From assembly GCA_041664925.1 (NCBI GenBank), contig JBAYJV010000004.1, positions 26,998 through 90,997 of the forward strand: a stretch of DNA of 64,000 nt, given 5' to 3'. Positions 41,761 through 52,338 of this stretch are shown here, piece after piece; positions within the stretch are counted from its first letter, which is position 1, and every line of letters begins with the position of its first letter. A program made the position numbers and the translations under genes. The DNA comes from Minisyncoccota bacterium. Its GTDB lineage: Bacteria; Patescibacteriota; Minisyncoccia; JBAYJV01. The notes beneath the pieces are model-generated. The model worked only from the letters and a program-made list of their open reading frames with translations, did not search any database and was not told the DNA's origin.

Positions 41761-42314
41761 GGACTAGCTTGACAGGCAGAGCTTAGATCAAGACATCTTT
41801 GGGAAATAGTTGTTTGAAAAACTAAACTTGTAAGTTCTCTATCTTTTGCTTTTGGTGGTTTAATTTTCAAAGACAAAGTAACTTGAGGTTGACGACCATC
41901 GGTTCCATTGTCTGATCCTTTAATGTTGAATGAAAAACCTTCTATAGTTACCGTTGAAGAGTCAAGAAAAGAATCGGTGTTTGAATTGTTGTCGATTCTT
42001 TCTACGATATGATTTTCCGAGGAAAGAAAATAGCTAACAATGCCACGGGTAGGATGTTCAAGCTCAATAATTGACGATGTTGTGGTTGCTAATGTTTTAA
42101 CAATACTTATACGCAAAGCCTTAGCGATGCGTTGAAAAATAAAACGCGCATTATCTAAAGCAACTTGATTGCTCGTCGACACTGCTTCAGCCCTGATGGC
42201 ATCCAAGGTAAGGTTGGCAACAATCAAAATCACAGTCGAAAAAATCATTAAAGCTACTAAAATTTCTATAAGAGTGAGCCCGTGATTATATTTAAGGTTT
42301 TTGAACATACTCAT
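41757..42314 (-). CDS. PilW-like minor pilin
   Basis: HG|LTLIEILVAL prepilin site; start moved to ATG 42314. Confidence 0.82.
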   Translation of the reverse strand: MSMFKNLKYNHGLTLIEILVALMIFSTVILIVANLTLDAIRAEAVSTSNQVALDNARFIFQRIAKALRISIVKTLATTTSSIIELEHPTRGIVSYFLSSENHIVERIDNNSNTDSFLDSSTVTIEGFSFNIKGSDNGTDGRQPQVTLSLKIKPPKAKDRELTSLVFQTTISQRCLDLSSACQASP

Positions 42315-42318
42315 TTTG

Positions 42319-42828
42319 TTAATAAAGATTGTAGATATAATTCTCTGCTCCAAAATTAAAGTCCTGTCCTCTTTCTTGCCAAGAAACCTCAACGTCAATC
42401 TTTACGCAATCGCTTGGATTCGGTATTTCGCTACACACACCCTGTCCTTGATCTATATTTATTTTTCTTTTAAATATTGTTCCTTCTCCTGACGCATACT
42501 GGTACCGATTATTAACCGGGTCAATTTTTAAATACTGATCAGAAACCGATAAAGATGTGCTATCTATATCCGCCTCACAACCAGAACAAGATCCACTATT
42601 AAGACTGTTTAAAACTTCTGCCCAACTGTACCCAGAGGCATATTGACTATCCCGAATATTTCTAACTATTTCTATGCCTTCTTGCGCTAAATTGGTAGCA
42701 ATTAATTGATTAACATTCGTTGTTGTCGTGGAAATGCTTTTTCTTAGTAAAGAAAACGTGCTAAAAAAACCAGTAGTTAATATTAAAATTGCAAAAAGTG
42801 TTTCAAGTAAAGTAAATCCTTTTTTCAT
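42319..42828 (-). CDS. PilV-like minor pilin
   Basis: KKG|FTLLETL, ATNLAQEGIEIVRNIRD. Confidence 0.85.
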   Translation of the reverse strand: MKKGFTLLETLFAILILTTGFFSTFSLLRKSISTTTTNVNQLIATNLAQEGIEIVRNIRDSQYASGYSWAEVLNSLNSGSCSGCEADIDSTSLSVSDQYLKIDPVNNRYQYASGEGTIFKRKINIDQGQGVCSEIPNPSDCVKIDVEVSWQERGQDFNFGAENYIYNLY

Positions 42829-42833
42829 GTAAA

Positions 42834-43463
42834 TTAATCAATGATTTCAATGTTTCCCCCCAAATAAACTCTCACTGTTTTGCGAAAATTAGCACAATTT
42901 TCCCTAAGACACAATACTATATCACTACTGGAGGCGATTTGATTATCGTGAACGCCGTTAAAATAAGTAAGTCCATCTGGTGGCTCAAAATAAATATCAG
43001 AAAAATTACTATCTATTTTTACCAAATGACTCTCTGTAAGACTAATGGTTTCGATAATTGTATCAGAACCATAACCACCAGAACCCCCATAAAGACGATC
43101 TATAGTTTGTCCCGTTGTAGTAGCAATACAATTTTGTCCCTGAGGAAGGGTTTCTTCTTTAAAGAAAATAAAACTCTCTTCGTTTCCGTTTTCGTGATGT
43201 ATTCCAAAGCCACAAGGCGCTGACGATCCTTCATCAACCCCGATAACAAATGAGTGATTTTGGGCATCGCGCAATACCAATAAAACTTCTCTGGCGGCCC
43301 TATTAAGCGCAGTTGCTCTTTGTGGCTTTTTTGAGCCTACCAATAATCCAGTCGTCAAAAGACCAATGATACTTATGACAACTAAAAGCTCTACAAGAGT
43401 GAAGCCTCTTTGAAGTCTGAAGTTTGAAGTCTGAAGTTTGAAGAATTTTTTAAAACTAGCCAT
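42834..43463 (-). CDS. FimT/GspH-like minor pilin
   Basis: RG|FTLVELLVVISIIG; heptamer repeat in leader. Confidence 0.85.
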   Translation of the reverse strand: MASFKKFFKLQTSNFRLQRGFTLVELLVVISIIGLLTTGLLVGSKKPQRATALNRAAREVLLVLRDAQNHSFVIGVDEGSSAPCGFGIHHENGNEESFIFFKEETLPQGQNCIATTTGQTIDRLYGGSGGYGSDTIIETISLTESHLVKIDSNFSDIYFEPPDGLTYFNGVHDNQIASSSDIVLCLRENCANFRKTVRVYLGGNIEIID

Positions 43464-43487
43464 ATTTTTGATCCGAGACTCTTATAA

Positions 43488-44327
43488 TTAAACCAACATT
43501 AGTAGTATTGTGGCTACAACCAAGAACGGTCCAAATGGAACCATGGAATTCAATTTTTTCTTCTTAAATAATATTAAAATTATGCCAACCAAGGCGCCAA
43601 CAACGAAAGCAAAATAAAGAGCAATTAATAATTTTTCTCCCAAAACCAATCCCATGAAAAAGGCTAATTTCATATCCCCTATACCCATACCCTTTCCTCT
43701 GGTTAATAAAATAATAATACCAAAGAAAGCCAATCCAATTATAGCAAAGAGCAAATGATTTATAAAGTGAGAATTGCTAAGTGATAAATTAGAAATAGGA
43801 ACAAGTTTATTAAAAAATAAACTGATTCGCGAATCATTAGTAAATTGAAAATTGAAAATTGAAAATTGATTGATTAAAAGATAAAGTAAGCTTGCTATGC
43901 TTCCGATGATGATTAGGCTATCAGGAATAATATAGTGTTCAAGGTCTATAAAGAAAATCGCAATTAAGATTCCTATAATAATCCACGAATAAATCAAAAA
44001 AACAATTTCGTTAATCGTGAATCGTAAATCGTAAATCGTATTAAATTTAAAAAACACCGAGAGAAATAATAATCCCGTAAGTAGTTCTACGACAGGATAT
44101 CGCCATGAAATATTTTTCTTGCACTTAAAACATTTCCCACGCAAAAATAAAAAAGAAAAAAGTGGAATCAGTTCCCACCAAGAAAGTTTCTTTTTACATT
44201 TCGGACAAAAAGATCTCGTTTTTTTCGTAATACTAATATCTCTAGGAAGCCGATAAATTAAAACATTAAGAAAACTTCCGATGCAAATCCCAAAAGAGAA
44301 AATAAATGCATAAAGCAATATTTCCAT
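43488..44327 (-). CDS. pilD: Prepilin peptidase (A24)
   Basis: GSFLNVLIYRLP, CPKC/CFKC, IDLEH..IPD, GMGIGDMKL, VPFGPFL. Confidence 0.94.
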   Translation of the reverse strand: MEILLYAFIFSFGICIGSFLNVLIYRLPRDISITKKTRSFCPKCKKKLSWWELIPLFSFLFLRGKCFKCKKNISWRYPVVELLTGLLFLSVFFKFNTIYDLRFTINEIVFLIYSWIIIGILIAIFFIDLEHYIIPDSLIIIGSIASLLYLLINQFSIFNFQFTNDSRISLFFNKLVPISNLSLSNSHFINHLLFAIIGLAFFGIIILLTRGKGMGIGDMKLAFFMGLVLGEKLLIALYFAFVVGALVGIILILFKKKKLNSMVPFGPFLVVATILLMLV

Positions 44328-44356
44328 ATACTTTATTTTATCAAAAAAAACGAAAA

Positions 44357-44417
44357 CCATAAAGGCTTATCGGAACCTTAAAGGCGCAATCCTTTTTAGC
44401 TCCTTAAGCCTTTATGG
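44357..44417. terminator. Stem-loop after the major pilin gene
   Basis: ccataaaggctta / taagcctttatgg arms followed by a T run on the minus strand. Confidence 0.65.
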
Positions 44418-44446
44418 CAAAAAAATGTATCATTATAGTAACAATT

Positions 44447-44992
44447 TTATCTAGGAAAAACTCCTCTGTCGTAAATCGGAGCATCAGCTGAATCCGTTCC
44501 ATCAAAGTTTGTTGCTGCAGCAGATGAACCACAGTCGGGGCTTTGATCCCATAACCAGGTTACTGAGCTAGTTGCTTGAGTATTATCATCTACATCTTGA
44601 GTTAACATATCACTATCAGAATTTTCAAGTTTAGCACCAATATGGTAATACTGTCTTTGTTTTCCGGCTACAAGATCCGAATCAGACCCAACGGCATAGC
44701 AATAAGGATTGCCAGATGTTGGATCAGTTGGAAAGGCGCTCATATTAAGGAATCCTTCTGTGGCAAGGGCTGCAAGGCTTGAGGTCGGAGCATCTGGATA
44801 TTGCAAATGAGCAGCGTAATAAAGTTCAAGCGCTAACTCAATTTGGCGAACATCAGAAACGCGTCTTGCGTCTCTAGCTCTAGCACGAGCGCTTGTCAAA
44901 GAAACAGCAACGATTGTTGCCAAAAGACCGAGAATGGCAACTACGACCAAAAGTTCGATAAGAGTGAAACCTCTTTTGTTTTGTTTAATCAT
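44447..44992 (-). CDS. Type IV pilin, probable major pilin
   Basis: RG|FTLIELLVVVAILGLLA, ARDARRVSDVRQIELALELY; own intergenic region and downstream hairpin. Confidence 0.9.
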   Translation of the reverse strand: MIKQNKRGFTLIELLVVVAILGLLATIVAVSLTSARARARDARRVSDVRQIELALELYYAAHLQYPDAPTSSLAALATEGFLNMSAFPTDPTSGNPYCYAVGSDSDLVAGKQRQYYHIGAKLENSDSDMLTQDVDDNTQATSSVTWLWDQSPDCGSSAAATNFDGTDSADAPIYDRGVFPR

Positions 44993-45214
44993 TTTTTTAA
45001 AATTTTCAATAATCTCCGCATTTGCGCGGAAAGGTCGACCTTTTGTTATTCAAATTAAAACAACAACTAGTTGTTACCTAATTTTAACACTATTTAGCGT
45101 TAATTTAAAGTTGTAAATAACTAACTTATCCACAATACAATCTGCGTAAATTTGCTTTTCTTAAAAATGAATCTGTGTAAATCTGTTTGTGTATCTGTGC
45201 AAATCCGCATTGTC

Positions 45215-46426
45215 CTAAAACATTTCACTCATTTTGTATATGGGAATGATAATCGATGAAACCAAAAATGCCACACCAAGCGCCATAATAATAATCAAAA
45301 ATGGTTCTATAAGCTTACTAATATTGTCAATAACCGCGTCAACTTCTTTCTTATAAAAACTCGCCAATTTATCCAACATATTATCTATGTTTCCTGATTT
45401 TTCGCCAACTTTCACCATTTCCGTGAACATTGGAGGAAATTCTTTGTAAATCATAAAAACTGAGCTCATGTTTTTTCCTCCTCTTACTTCTTCTTTTGTT
45501 TCCAAAATAATATCTCTATAAACGCTATTGCCAATAACACTGGCTGTCACCTCTAGAGATCTTAATATTGATATGCCTCCACGAAGCAAGGTTTTTAGAT
45601 TATCTGCAATTCTATTCAAATAAAAATGCTTCAATATTGTTCCAAAAACGGGAATTTTTAAAACGATTCTACCAATGATATTAATCCCCTGAGGAGTATG
45701 GATCCAATACCAAAAACCATAACCAGCGCCTCCAATTAAAATAATTGCTATATACCAAAATTTTTGTAAAAAATCACTTAACCCTATTAAAAGTTTCGTC
45801 GTCATTGGTAACTCAACCTTTGCTTCAACAAGCATTGCCGTAATTTGAGGAACAATCTTCACCATGGCAAAAATACCAATTATAACCATAAATACCATCA
45901 ACAAAGCAGGATACATCATCGCTCCCTTCACTTTACTGGTTGTTTCATGTCTCTTTTCTTCATAATCGGCCAGATAAATTAATGTTTTTTCCAGAGTACC
46001 TGAGACCTCAGAAGAACGAATAAGATTCATGTAGAAATCAGAAAATATTTTAGGATATTTGCTCATCGCTTTCGAAAGAGATGATCCGCCTTCAACATCC
46101 TGAGCCACCACCGCGAGAATATCTCTAAAACTTGGGTTTGTTGTTTGGCGTGCCAATGATTTAAGAGCTTCAACCAAAGAAACTTTTCCTTCCACCAAAG
46201 TTGCCAGTTCTCGCGAAAAAACAACCAAGTCTTTTTGCTTAATTCTATTGAGAAAAGCAATATTAACTCTTTTTTTATAGATAGGTATATCGTCTTCAGC
46301 AACCAAAGAAAAAACTATTAGGCTGTAGTTTTGCAATGTCTTAATCGCCTCTTCTTTTGTTTCTGCTTCAACAATTCCTTCTTGGACGATTTTTTCAGAA
46401 TTTTGCGCTTTATATCTAAATTTCAT
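45215..46426 (-). CDS. pilC: Type IV pilus platform protein
   Basis: FSRELATLV, VEGGSSLS, KVKGAMMYP, VGEKSG, LIEPFLI. Confidence 0.93.
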   Translation of the reverse strand: MKFRYKAQNSEKIVQEGIVEAETKEEAIKTLQNYSLIVFSLVAEDDIPIYKKRVNIAFLNRIKQKDLVVFSRELATLVEGKVSLVEALKSLARQTTNPSFRDILAVVAQDVEGGSSLSKAMSKYPKIFSDFYMNLIRSSEVSGTLEKTLIYLADYEEKRHETTSKVKGAMMYPALLMVFMVIIGIFAMVKIVPQITAMLVEAKVELPMTTKLLIGLSDFLQKFWYIAIILIGGAGYGFWYWIHTPQGINIIGRIVLKIPVFGTILKHFYLNRIADNLKTLLRGGISILRSLEVTASVIGNSVYRDIILETKEEVRGGKNMSSVFMIYKEFPPMFTEMVKVGEKSGNIDNMLDKLASFYKKEVDAVIDNISKLIEPFLIIIMALGVAFLVSSIIIPIYKMSEMF

Positions 46427-47497
46427 TTAAATCATGAGTCTAAGCTCATTAGGATTAGAACTAAAAGTCATCGCGCTATCCATAGAGATAATCTCTCTTT
46501 TAACTAAATCTGCCAGCGAATAATTAAGGGAATTCATTCCCTCCTCAGAACTTGTTTCAATAATTGATGGCAATTGATAGATTTTATTTTCTCTAATAAT
46601 ATTACGAACAGCACTATTGGCTATTAAAAGTTCGATTGCATTAATTACTCCTCCGCCAATTCTTGGCACTAAGCGTCGTGACAAAATCCCCAATAAAGTA
46701 CTGGATAGTTGGTAACGTACTTGATTTTGTTGATGTGGCGGAAAAGAATCTACTATTCTATCAATTGTTTGAGCAGCATCGTTGGTGTGAAGTGTTGCGA
46801 AAACTAAATGACCAGTTTCAGCTGCCGTTAAGGCCGCAGAGATTGTTTCTGGATCTCTCATTTCTCCAACCATAATAACATCAGGATCCTGACGCAGAGC
46901 CGATCTGAGTGCTCTACTCATTGAATTTGTATCACGATAAAGCTCTCTTTGGTCAATAATACATTTTTGTTGATCAAAAATATATTCAATAGGATCCTCT
47001 ATAGTAATAACATGGTCGCTTCTTTTTTCGTTAATTTCATCGATCATAGCTGCCATTGCTGTGGTTTTTCCGTTACCAGACGGACCAACCACTAAAAAAA
47101 ATCCTTGATTAATAAGGCAGAACTTTTTTAAAATTGCTGGCAATTCCAGTTCTTCAATGCTACGGATTTTGTTGGGAATTAAGCGCATAGCAGCAGAAAC
47201 ATAGCCTTTCTGAAAATAAACATTAGTACGAAATCTAGTATTTTTTTTAAATGTATAAGAAAAATCTATTTCTTTCTCCTTTTCGAAACGAGCTTCGTCT
47301 TCTGGACTTAAAAAACTATAAACCAGTAATTTTGCCTTTTCCGCAGTGAGAATCTCTTGTCCTTCTATAGGAACCAAGCGCCCATCCACCCTCATGCTTG
47401 GCGGACGACCTTCAGAAATATGAAGATCTGTTGCTTCATTTTTTATAACAATTTCCAAAAGTTCTTCTATTTGTTTTTCCGCATTTAAATCAAGCAT
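46427..47497 (-). CDS. pilT: Twitching motility ATPase
   Basis: GPSGNGKTT, TIEDPIEY, LRQDPDVIMVGEMRD, AVRNIIRE. Confidence 0.93.
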   Translation of the reverse strand: MLDLNAEKQIEELLEIVIKNEATDLHISEGRPPSMRVDGRLVPIEGQEILTAEKAKLLVYSFLSPEDEARFEKEKEIDFSYTFKKNTRFRTNVYFQKGYVSAAMRLIPNKIRSIEELELPAILKKFCLINQGFFLVVGPSGNGKTTAMAAMIDEINEKRSDHVITIEDPIEYIFDQQKCIIDQRELYRDTNSMSRALRSALRQDPDVIMVGEMRDPETISAALTAAETGHLVFATLHTNDAAQTIDRIVDSFPPHQQNQVRYQLSSTLLGILSRRLVPRIGGGVINAIELLIANSAVRNIIRENKIYQLPSIIETSSEEGMNSLNYSLADLVKREIISMDSAMTFSSNPNELRLMI

Positions 47498-47567
47498 TTT
47501 TAAGACCAGGCACTAAAACCAGATACTAGATAACAAATCTAGAAACTGGAAATCAGTGACCAGAAAA

Positions 47568-47930
47568 TTAATTTATTATTTTTTTTACTCTATCTACTAC
47601 TTCCTGGGGAGTAAATTGTGCCTTAACAAGATAATCTACCGCTCCCAATTTTAACCCTTTTTCAATATCTTCTTTTTGCCCAAGATTAGTAAGTAAAACT
47701 ACGGGTATATCGCTTAATTTTTTATCTTTTTTAATTTCCTCAAGTACCTCAAGACCATTTCTTATCGGCATTTTTATGTCAAGAAGGATTATATCTGGCC
47801 TGATTTTTTTTATTTTCCGTAAACCCTCTTCTCCGTTATAGGCCGCGTCAATGTCATAACCAAGCCTAGAAAATTTCGTCACATACATATCAGATAAGAA
47901 AATATCATCTTCGACCAAAAGAATTTTCAT
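47568..47930 (-). CDS. Single-domain response regulator
   Basis: ILLVEDD, LLDIKMP, LTN, DYLVK. Confidence 0.92.
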   Translation of the reverse strand: MKILLVEDDIFLSDMYVTKFSRLGYDIDAAYNGEEGLRKIKKIRPDIILLDIKMPIRNGLEVLEEIKKDKKLSDIPVVLLTNLGQKEDIEKGLKLGAVDYLVKAQFTPQEVVDRVKKIIN

Positions 47931-47934
47931 GGTT

Positions 47935-49668
47935 TTACTCTTTGGTTATACGCAAAACTTCTTCAAAAGAAATCTGCCCTCTGAGCGTTTTAAGAATTGC
48001 GTCTTGGAACATTGTTGTCATTCCTTGTCTTTTTGCCTCATCTCTAAACTTACTATCAGCTGCATCAGTGACAATAATATCTTCAAGTTGTGGCGTCATT
48101 TCTATAATTTCAAAGATGCCTATTCTCCCTTTTGATCCTTTATTTTGGCAGTATTTACACCCAGGAGCACGAAATAATTTATATGGTCCTTTCTCGTTTA
48201 TACCTTCTTTTTCTGACTTGGGAATTTCCAATAGAGTTCGTTTTATAATTTCTTGGATTTCCTCTGATGGTTCGTATTCCTCTCTACAATCCTGACAGAG
48301 TCTCCTTCCCAATCTCTGAGCAACTCCCAATGAAAGAGTTGATGGCAATAGGTATTTCTGAACACCCATGTCGGTCAAGCGTGGTACAATACCAACAGCA
48401 TCTTTAGTGTGAACAGTCGACAATAAGAGATGACCAGTAAGGGCAGCATGTGTCGCTAATTCAGCAGTCTCTGGGTCACGAATTTCACCAACCATGATAA
48501 TGTTGGGATCTTGTCTCAAAATATGTCTTAATCCTGAAGAAAAAGTATATCCGATATCAGGTTTTACCTGGGATTGATTTACGCCCTCTATGAAATACTC
48601 TATAGGATCTTCTAGGCTTATAATATTCACCCCTTCCTGATTTAAAATATTAAGAATTGTGTAAAGCGTGGTTGTTTTGCCAGAACCAGTTGGTCCTGAA
48701 GATAAGATCATTCCATACGGACTATTCATAGCCTTTTCCACCACCCTGAGATTTCTTCCGACCAGTCCCAATCCATCAAGACTATAAATGCCAACCGTCG
48801 GATCTAAAATTCTTAGAACAACTTTTTCTCCATTAGCTGTTGGAAGAGTTGATACGCGAAAATCAATTTTCTTATCATCTAATTTTACGTGAAAACGACC
48901 ATCTTGCGGAATTCTTGTTTCGTCAATTTTGAGGCGACATAAAATTTTTATACGCGTGATTATTGATTGATGGACTTCTTTTTCAAGATATAAACTTGTA
49001 TGCAAAACGCCATCCACGCGAAAACGAATTTTAACAGAATTTTCTAAAGCCTCGATGTGAATATCAGAAGCTTTTGTTTCCACTCCATACCTAATAATAA
49101 CTCCAACAATTTTACTAATCGGTGCCTCAGCCGCCAAAGGCTCTGCTGTTACAACTCTCCGTCTCGTTGGAATTTTTTCGGCAGCAGTTTGAATTTCGAG
49201 CTCTTTTAGTGCCTCTTCTACTCGTCCTTTTATGTTTTGGTACTGTCTTAGAACAGTGTCAAAACTTGCCTTACTTATAAGATAGTTTTCAATTTTAATA
49301 TTGCGCCTTGTGCCAATAAACCTTAAAACCTCCAAAGCTTCGTGATCTTCTGGATTGATTAACCCTACTTTCAAAATATTTCCTTCTCTTGCAAAAGGAA
49401 CAAATCTGTACTGCCTAACGGTTTCTTCGGAAAATTCCTTAAGGATTTTTTCATCGATATTAATCCTCTCTAAATTCATATACGACAAATCTAAAACCTC
49501 AGCTTCTGCAATCAACCACTCTTCTTCACTAATCAGATTTTTCTTGATTAGATATTCAGAAAGCGGCTTGTTGAGCTTTTTTGCTTTATCTAAGTGATCT
49601 AGAGTATCCTCTTTTTTAAAAATGCCCTTTTTGGTGAGTATTTGGGCAATTTCCTGATCGTGATTCAT
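47935..49668 (-). CDS. pilB: Type IV pilus assembly ATPase
   Basis: ASDIHIE, PQDGRF, GPTGSGKTTTLY, tetracysteine motif. Confidence 0.94.
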   Translation of the reverse strand: MNHDQEIAQILTKKGIFKKEDTLDHLDKAKKLNKPLSEYLIKKNLISEEEWLIAEAEVLDLSYMNLERINIDEKILKEFSEETVRQYRFVPFAREGNILKVGLINPEDHEALEVLRFIGTRRNIKIENYLISKASFDTVLRQYQNIKGRVEEALKELEIQTAAEKIPTRRRVVTAEPLAAEAPISKIVGVIIRYGVETKASDIHIEALENSVKIRFRVDGVLHTSLYLEKEVHQSIITRIKILCRLKIDETRIPQDGRFHVKLDDKKIDFRVSTLPTANGEKVVLRILDPTVGIYSLDGLGLVGRNLRVVEKAMNSPYGMILSSGPTGSGKTTTLYTILNILNQEGVNIISLEDPIEYFIEGVNQSQVKPDIGYTFSSGLRHILRQDPNIIMVGEIRDPETAELATHAALTGHLLLSTVHTKDAVGIVPRLTDMGVQKYLLPSTLSLGVAQRLGRRLCQDCREEYEPSEEIQEIIKRTLLEIPKSEKEGINEKGPYKLFRAPGCKYCQNKGSKGRIGIFEIIEMTPQLEDIIVTDAADSKFRDEAKRQGMTTMFQDAILKTLRGQISFEEVLRITKE

Positions 49669-49676
49669 ATTTAAAT

Positions 49677-49949
49677 CTATTCGTATGGTTCAAATGGATT
49701 TTCTCGCCCCGGAAATCTCGGCTCTATAGGGTATTTACCATATCTGGCTAACCCCTGGAAAAAGTCTGACTTTAAAACACCTAGTTCCAGTTTATACTCT
49801 GTTGGAATATTGTTTTTAGAAAGATTTTCGTCTAAATTTTTATCTTTAAAAACTTTCAAATAAATAAAAATTGATATTACTAAAACTAGAACTAGTATCA
49901 TTACAACTGCTATGTATAGATTTTTTTTATTTTCAAAAAATTGAGACAT
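49677..49949 (-). CDS. Small membrane protein in the PilP position
   Basis: TM and C-terminal GRENPF. Confidence 0.65.
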   Translation of the reverse strand: MSQFFENKKNLYIAVVMILVLVLVISIFIYLKVFKDKNLDENLSKNNIPTEYKLELGVLKSDFFQGLARYGKYPIEPRFPGRENPFEPYE

Positions 49950-49963
49950 CTTTCTTGTGTTAG

Positions 49964-50053
49964 TAATAAGATTACTTTTACTAGCGTAATAAGATTACTT
50001 TTACTAGCGTAATAAGATTACTTTTACTAGCGTAATAAGATTACTTTTACTAG
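49964..50053. repeat. Tandem repeat, ~4 x 23 bp (taataagattacttttactagcg)
   Basis: Units start at 49964, 49987, 50010, 50033; no spacers. Confidence 0.95.
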
Positions 50054-50601
50054 TAATAATATGTGACAATGTTTATATTAAAATCGTAAATTGTCTGACC
50101 ATTAATTTTTTCGGCGTTTTGACTGGGAGAAGAAAAGGAGATGTTGGTTATGTCCATTAATCTGAGATCGTTTTGACTTAGCAACATTAAATTTTTAAGA
50201 GTTTCGTATGTTCCTTTGGTTCTAAGGTTTATAGAAACCTTACTGACTCCAGCTTGATCGCCAACTCCACCTACGTTATTGTTGCTAGGAGTTATATTAA
50301 CCCCTTTCAAAATCATGCCGCTTTTTGTCACAAGCGCTTCAGTTTCCACCATAAGCTCTTCGGTCATTGGCTCAACCGGCAATATTGTCTTCATTTTTTC
50401 TTTTTCTTCCGTTAATGTTTTGAGTTGTATTTCGTATGAATTAATTCTGTCAATTTCTTTTTCTTTAGATGCTAGTAATTCTTTTTGTCTAGTTATTTCT
50501 GCTTTTGATATTTTTATATCGCTAAATATCGGCGCAATAAAAAAGTACCAAACAGTTACAAAAACAACAAATAAGAAAAATATTAAAAGTTTAGGTTTCA
50601 T
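50050..50601 (-). CDS. pilO: PilO-like protein
   Basis: TM, coiled coil, ILP, GTYETLK, LRLMDI; start moved to ATG 50601. Confidence 0.8.
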   Translation of the reverse strand: MKPKLLIFFLFVVFVTVWYFFIAPIFSDIKISKAEITRQKELLASKEKEIDRINSYEIQLKTLTEEKEKMKTILPVEPMTEELMVETEALVTKSGMILKGVNITPSNNNVGGVGDQAGVSKVSINLRTKGTYETLKNLMLLSQNDLRLMDITNISFSSPSQNAEKINGQTIYDFNINIVTYYY

Positions 50602-51193
50602 TTTTTTGTTGGTCAGGGATCTTTTGCCAAACTTCAGGTGCAAGTACAATTTCAAAAGAAAAACCAATGCCTTCATCTTTCATGCTAAACGAAGAAAGTT
50701 TAAAGCTTTTGATGAGCGGTTGTTTTTTAAAGATAATTATCTGTTCAGCCAAATTTGTAAAGCTTGGTGTTGTTCCTGAGACTCTGATTGTTTTGGTGCT
50801 TATTTCACAGCCGAAAGACTGATACTGAACCTTTGGCATAGTTCTTTTTTCCAGAAAATCCAAAACACCCACCCACTCAAGATGACCCTTTATAAGTTGC
50901 TCAATCACAGATAATCGATTTTGAAAATTAGAAACCTCGCTATTCTTCATCAAATTTCTCTTTTCTTCTTCTTTTTTCTTGTTCTCGTCTTCAAGTCTTG
51001 TAATTTCTCTAACTAACGATCTTTGATGGTTTTTTACAATAAAATAGAACCCAAAAATTAACAAAACTCCTAACAAGAAAGAGATTATGTAAATAAGTTT
51101 TTTGGGTTCTCTGGCTTTTCTCAACACCAAAGAACCAATTCTTCCTTTTTTTGCTTTTATTGGATTTGTCGGCGGAATAAGATTCAGCGGCAT
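50591..51193 (-). CDS. pilN: PilN-like protein
   Basis: LNLIP start, TM, coiled coil; follows pilM. Confidence 0.78.
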   Translation of the reverse strand: MPLNLIPPTNPIKAKKGRIGSLVLRKAREPKKLIYIISFLLGVLLIFGFYFIVKNHQRSLVREITRLEDENKKKEEEKRNLMKNSEVSNFQNRLSVIEQLIKGHLEWVGVLDFLEKRTMPKVQYQSFGCEISTKTIRVSGTTPSFTNLAEQIIIFKKQPLIKSFKLSSFSMKDEGIGFSFEIVLAPEVWQKIPDQQKNET

Positions 51194-51249
51194 ATATTTC
51201 CTCTTAAATTACTTTATGTTTTAATTATACCTCAGTTTAAAAATAACAA

Positions 51250-52329
51250 CTACTTTTCTAATCCCCTTTTGGCCAAACCAACAGCGACTGCAAAATATGG
51301 ACCTTGCGCTTCTAGCGTATTTTTGATCGTTGGCGGAATAATAATATTTTTCCAAGGATTAATAACTTCTACTTCCGTCCCCAGTTTTTCTCTAAAATAT
51401 TCAACTAATCCTTTTAATAAAACCGCTCCTCCTGATAATATAATTTTATTAACCTTAAGCGAATCCGTTTGGCGACGCTTAATCCGATCAACTATGTCTT
51501 CAAAGTGAGGTAAAAGAGCGCTTTTTACAATCGGATCATCTAGTCCTTTTTCCCTTTTAAGTTTTTCTGCGTCGTTGAAACTCAAGCTTCTTTTTTCATG
51601 AAGAATAGAACGAGTGAAATCATCACCAGAAATATTGATATTGAAAGTATCTTTTATAAATGATTCGAAGAATACTGTAACATTTGTGTTTTGTCCTCCT
51701 ATGTCAATGAATATATAGTGTCCCGAATCAGGAAGACCGGCAGACCTAAATAAGGAAAAGATTTCTACTTCCAATACCTCTGGTTCAACTTTTAAAAATT
51801 TTGTTAAAGTTTGATATCTAGTAACAATATCTTTTGGCACTGCCATTAAAAACACCTCTTGAATCATAATCCCTTGCTTATCGCCACTCAAAATATCCGC
51901 CGATTGCGTCAATCCTGCTTGGGTTTCCCTAATAACTCTCCATTCCAAGATTGTTTCTTCAATTGGTATAGGAACATGTTTTTTTGCCTCAAATTTAATT
52001 GCATTATTCAGTTCTTCTCCTTCAAGATCAGCCGGCAGTCTCAAAATAGTTGTAAAGGTTGAATGGATAGGTATTGATACTGCTGCTTTTTCACTTTGAA
52101 AAGTCGTTGCTTTAAAAACTTCTTTCATAATCCTCCCGAGTTCTATTGGTGAAAGTTTCAAAAAATTCTCTCGACTCTCCATCAATGGATCGCTTTTTAT
52201 ATTAGAATATGTTGAGGCATAATTTTTTAAATAAATACTGCCTCTTTTTTTTTCAAGCTCAACCAATTTCAGAGTTGAACCTCCTATATCGATGCCTAAA
52301 TATGTATTATCGTTTGAAAAAAGTCCCAT
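51250..52329 (-). CDS. pilM: Type IV pilus assembly protein PilM
   Basis: LGIDIGGSTLKLVEL, EAKKHVPIP, IDIGG, LSGG, AVAVGLAKR. Confidence 0.93.
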   Translation of the reverse strand: MGLFSNDNTYLGIDIGGSTLKLVELEKKRGSIYLKNYASTYSNIKSDPLMESRENFLKLSPIELGRIMKEVFKATTFQSEKAAVSIPIHSTFTTILRLPADLEGEELNNAIKFEAKKHVPIPIEETILEWRVIRETQAGLTQSADILSGDKQGIMIQEVFLMAVPKDIVTRYQTLTKFLKVEPEVLEVEIFSLFRSAGLPDSGHYIFIDIGGQNTNVTVFFESFIKDTFNINISGDDFTRSILHEKRSLSFNDAEKLKREKGLDDPIVKSALLPHFEDIVDRIKRRQTDSLKVNKIILSGGAVLLKGLVEYFREKLGTEVEVINPWKNIIIPPTIKNTLEAQGPYFAVAVGLAKRGLEK

Positions 52330-52338
52330 AAATCTTTC

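Noticed and set aside
49964-50053. Possible CRISPR array (also 804-879)
   Set aside because: Units are contiguous with no unique spacers, and no cas genes are present
50279-50779. Longer antisense ORFs (also 7425-7829, 18017-18334, 47942-48295, 59919-60200)
   Set aside because: Overlap well-supported genes on the opposite strand and lack motifs
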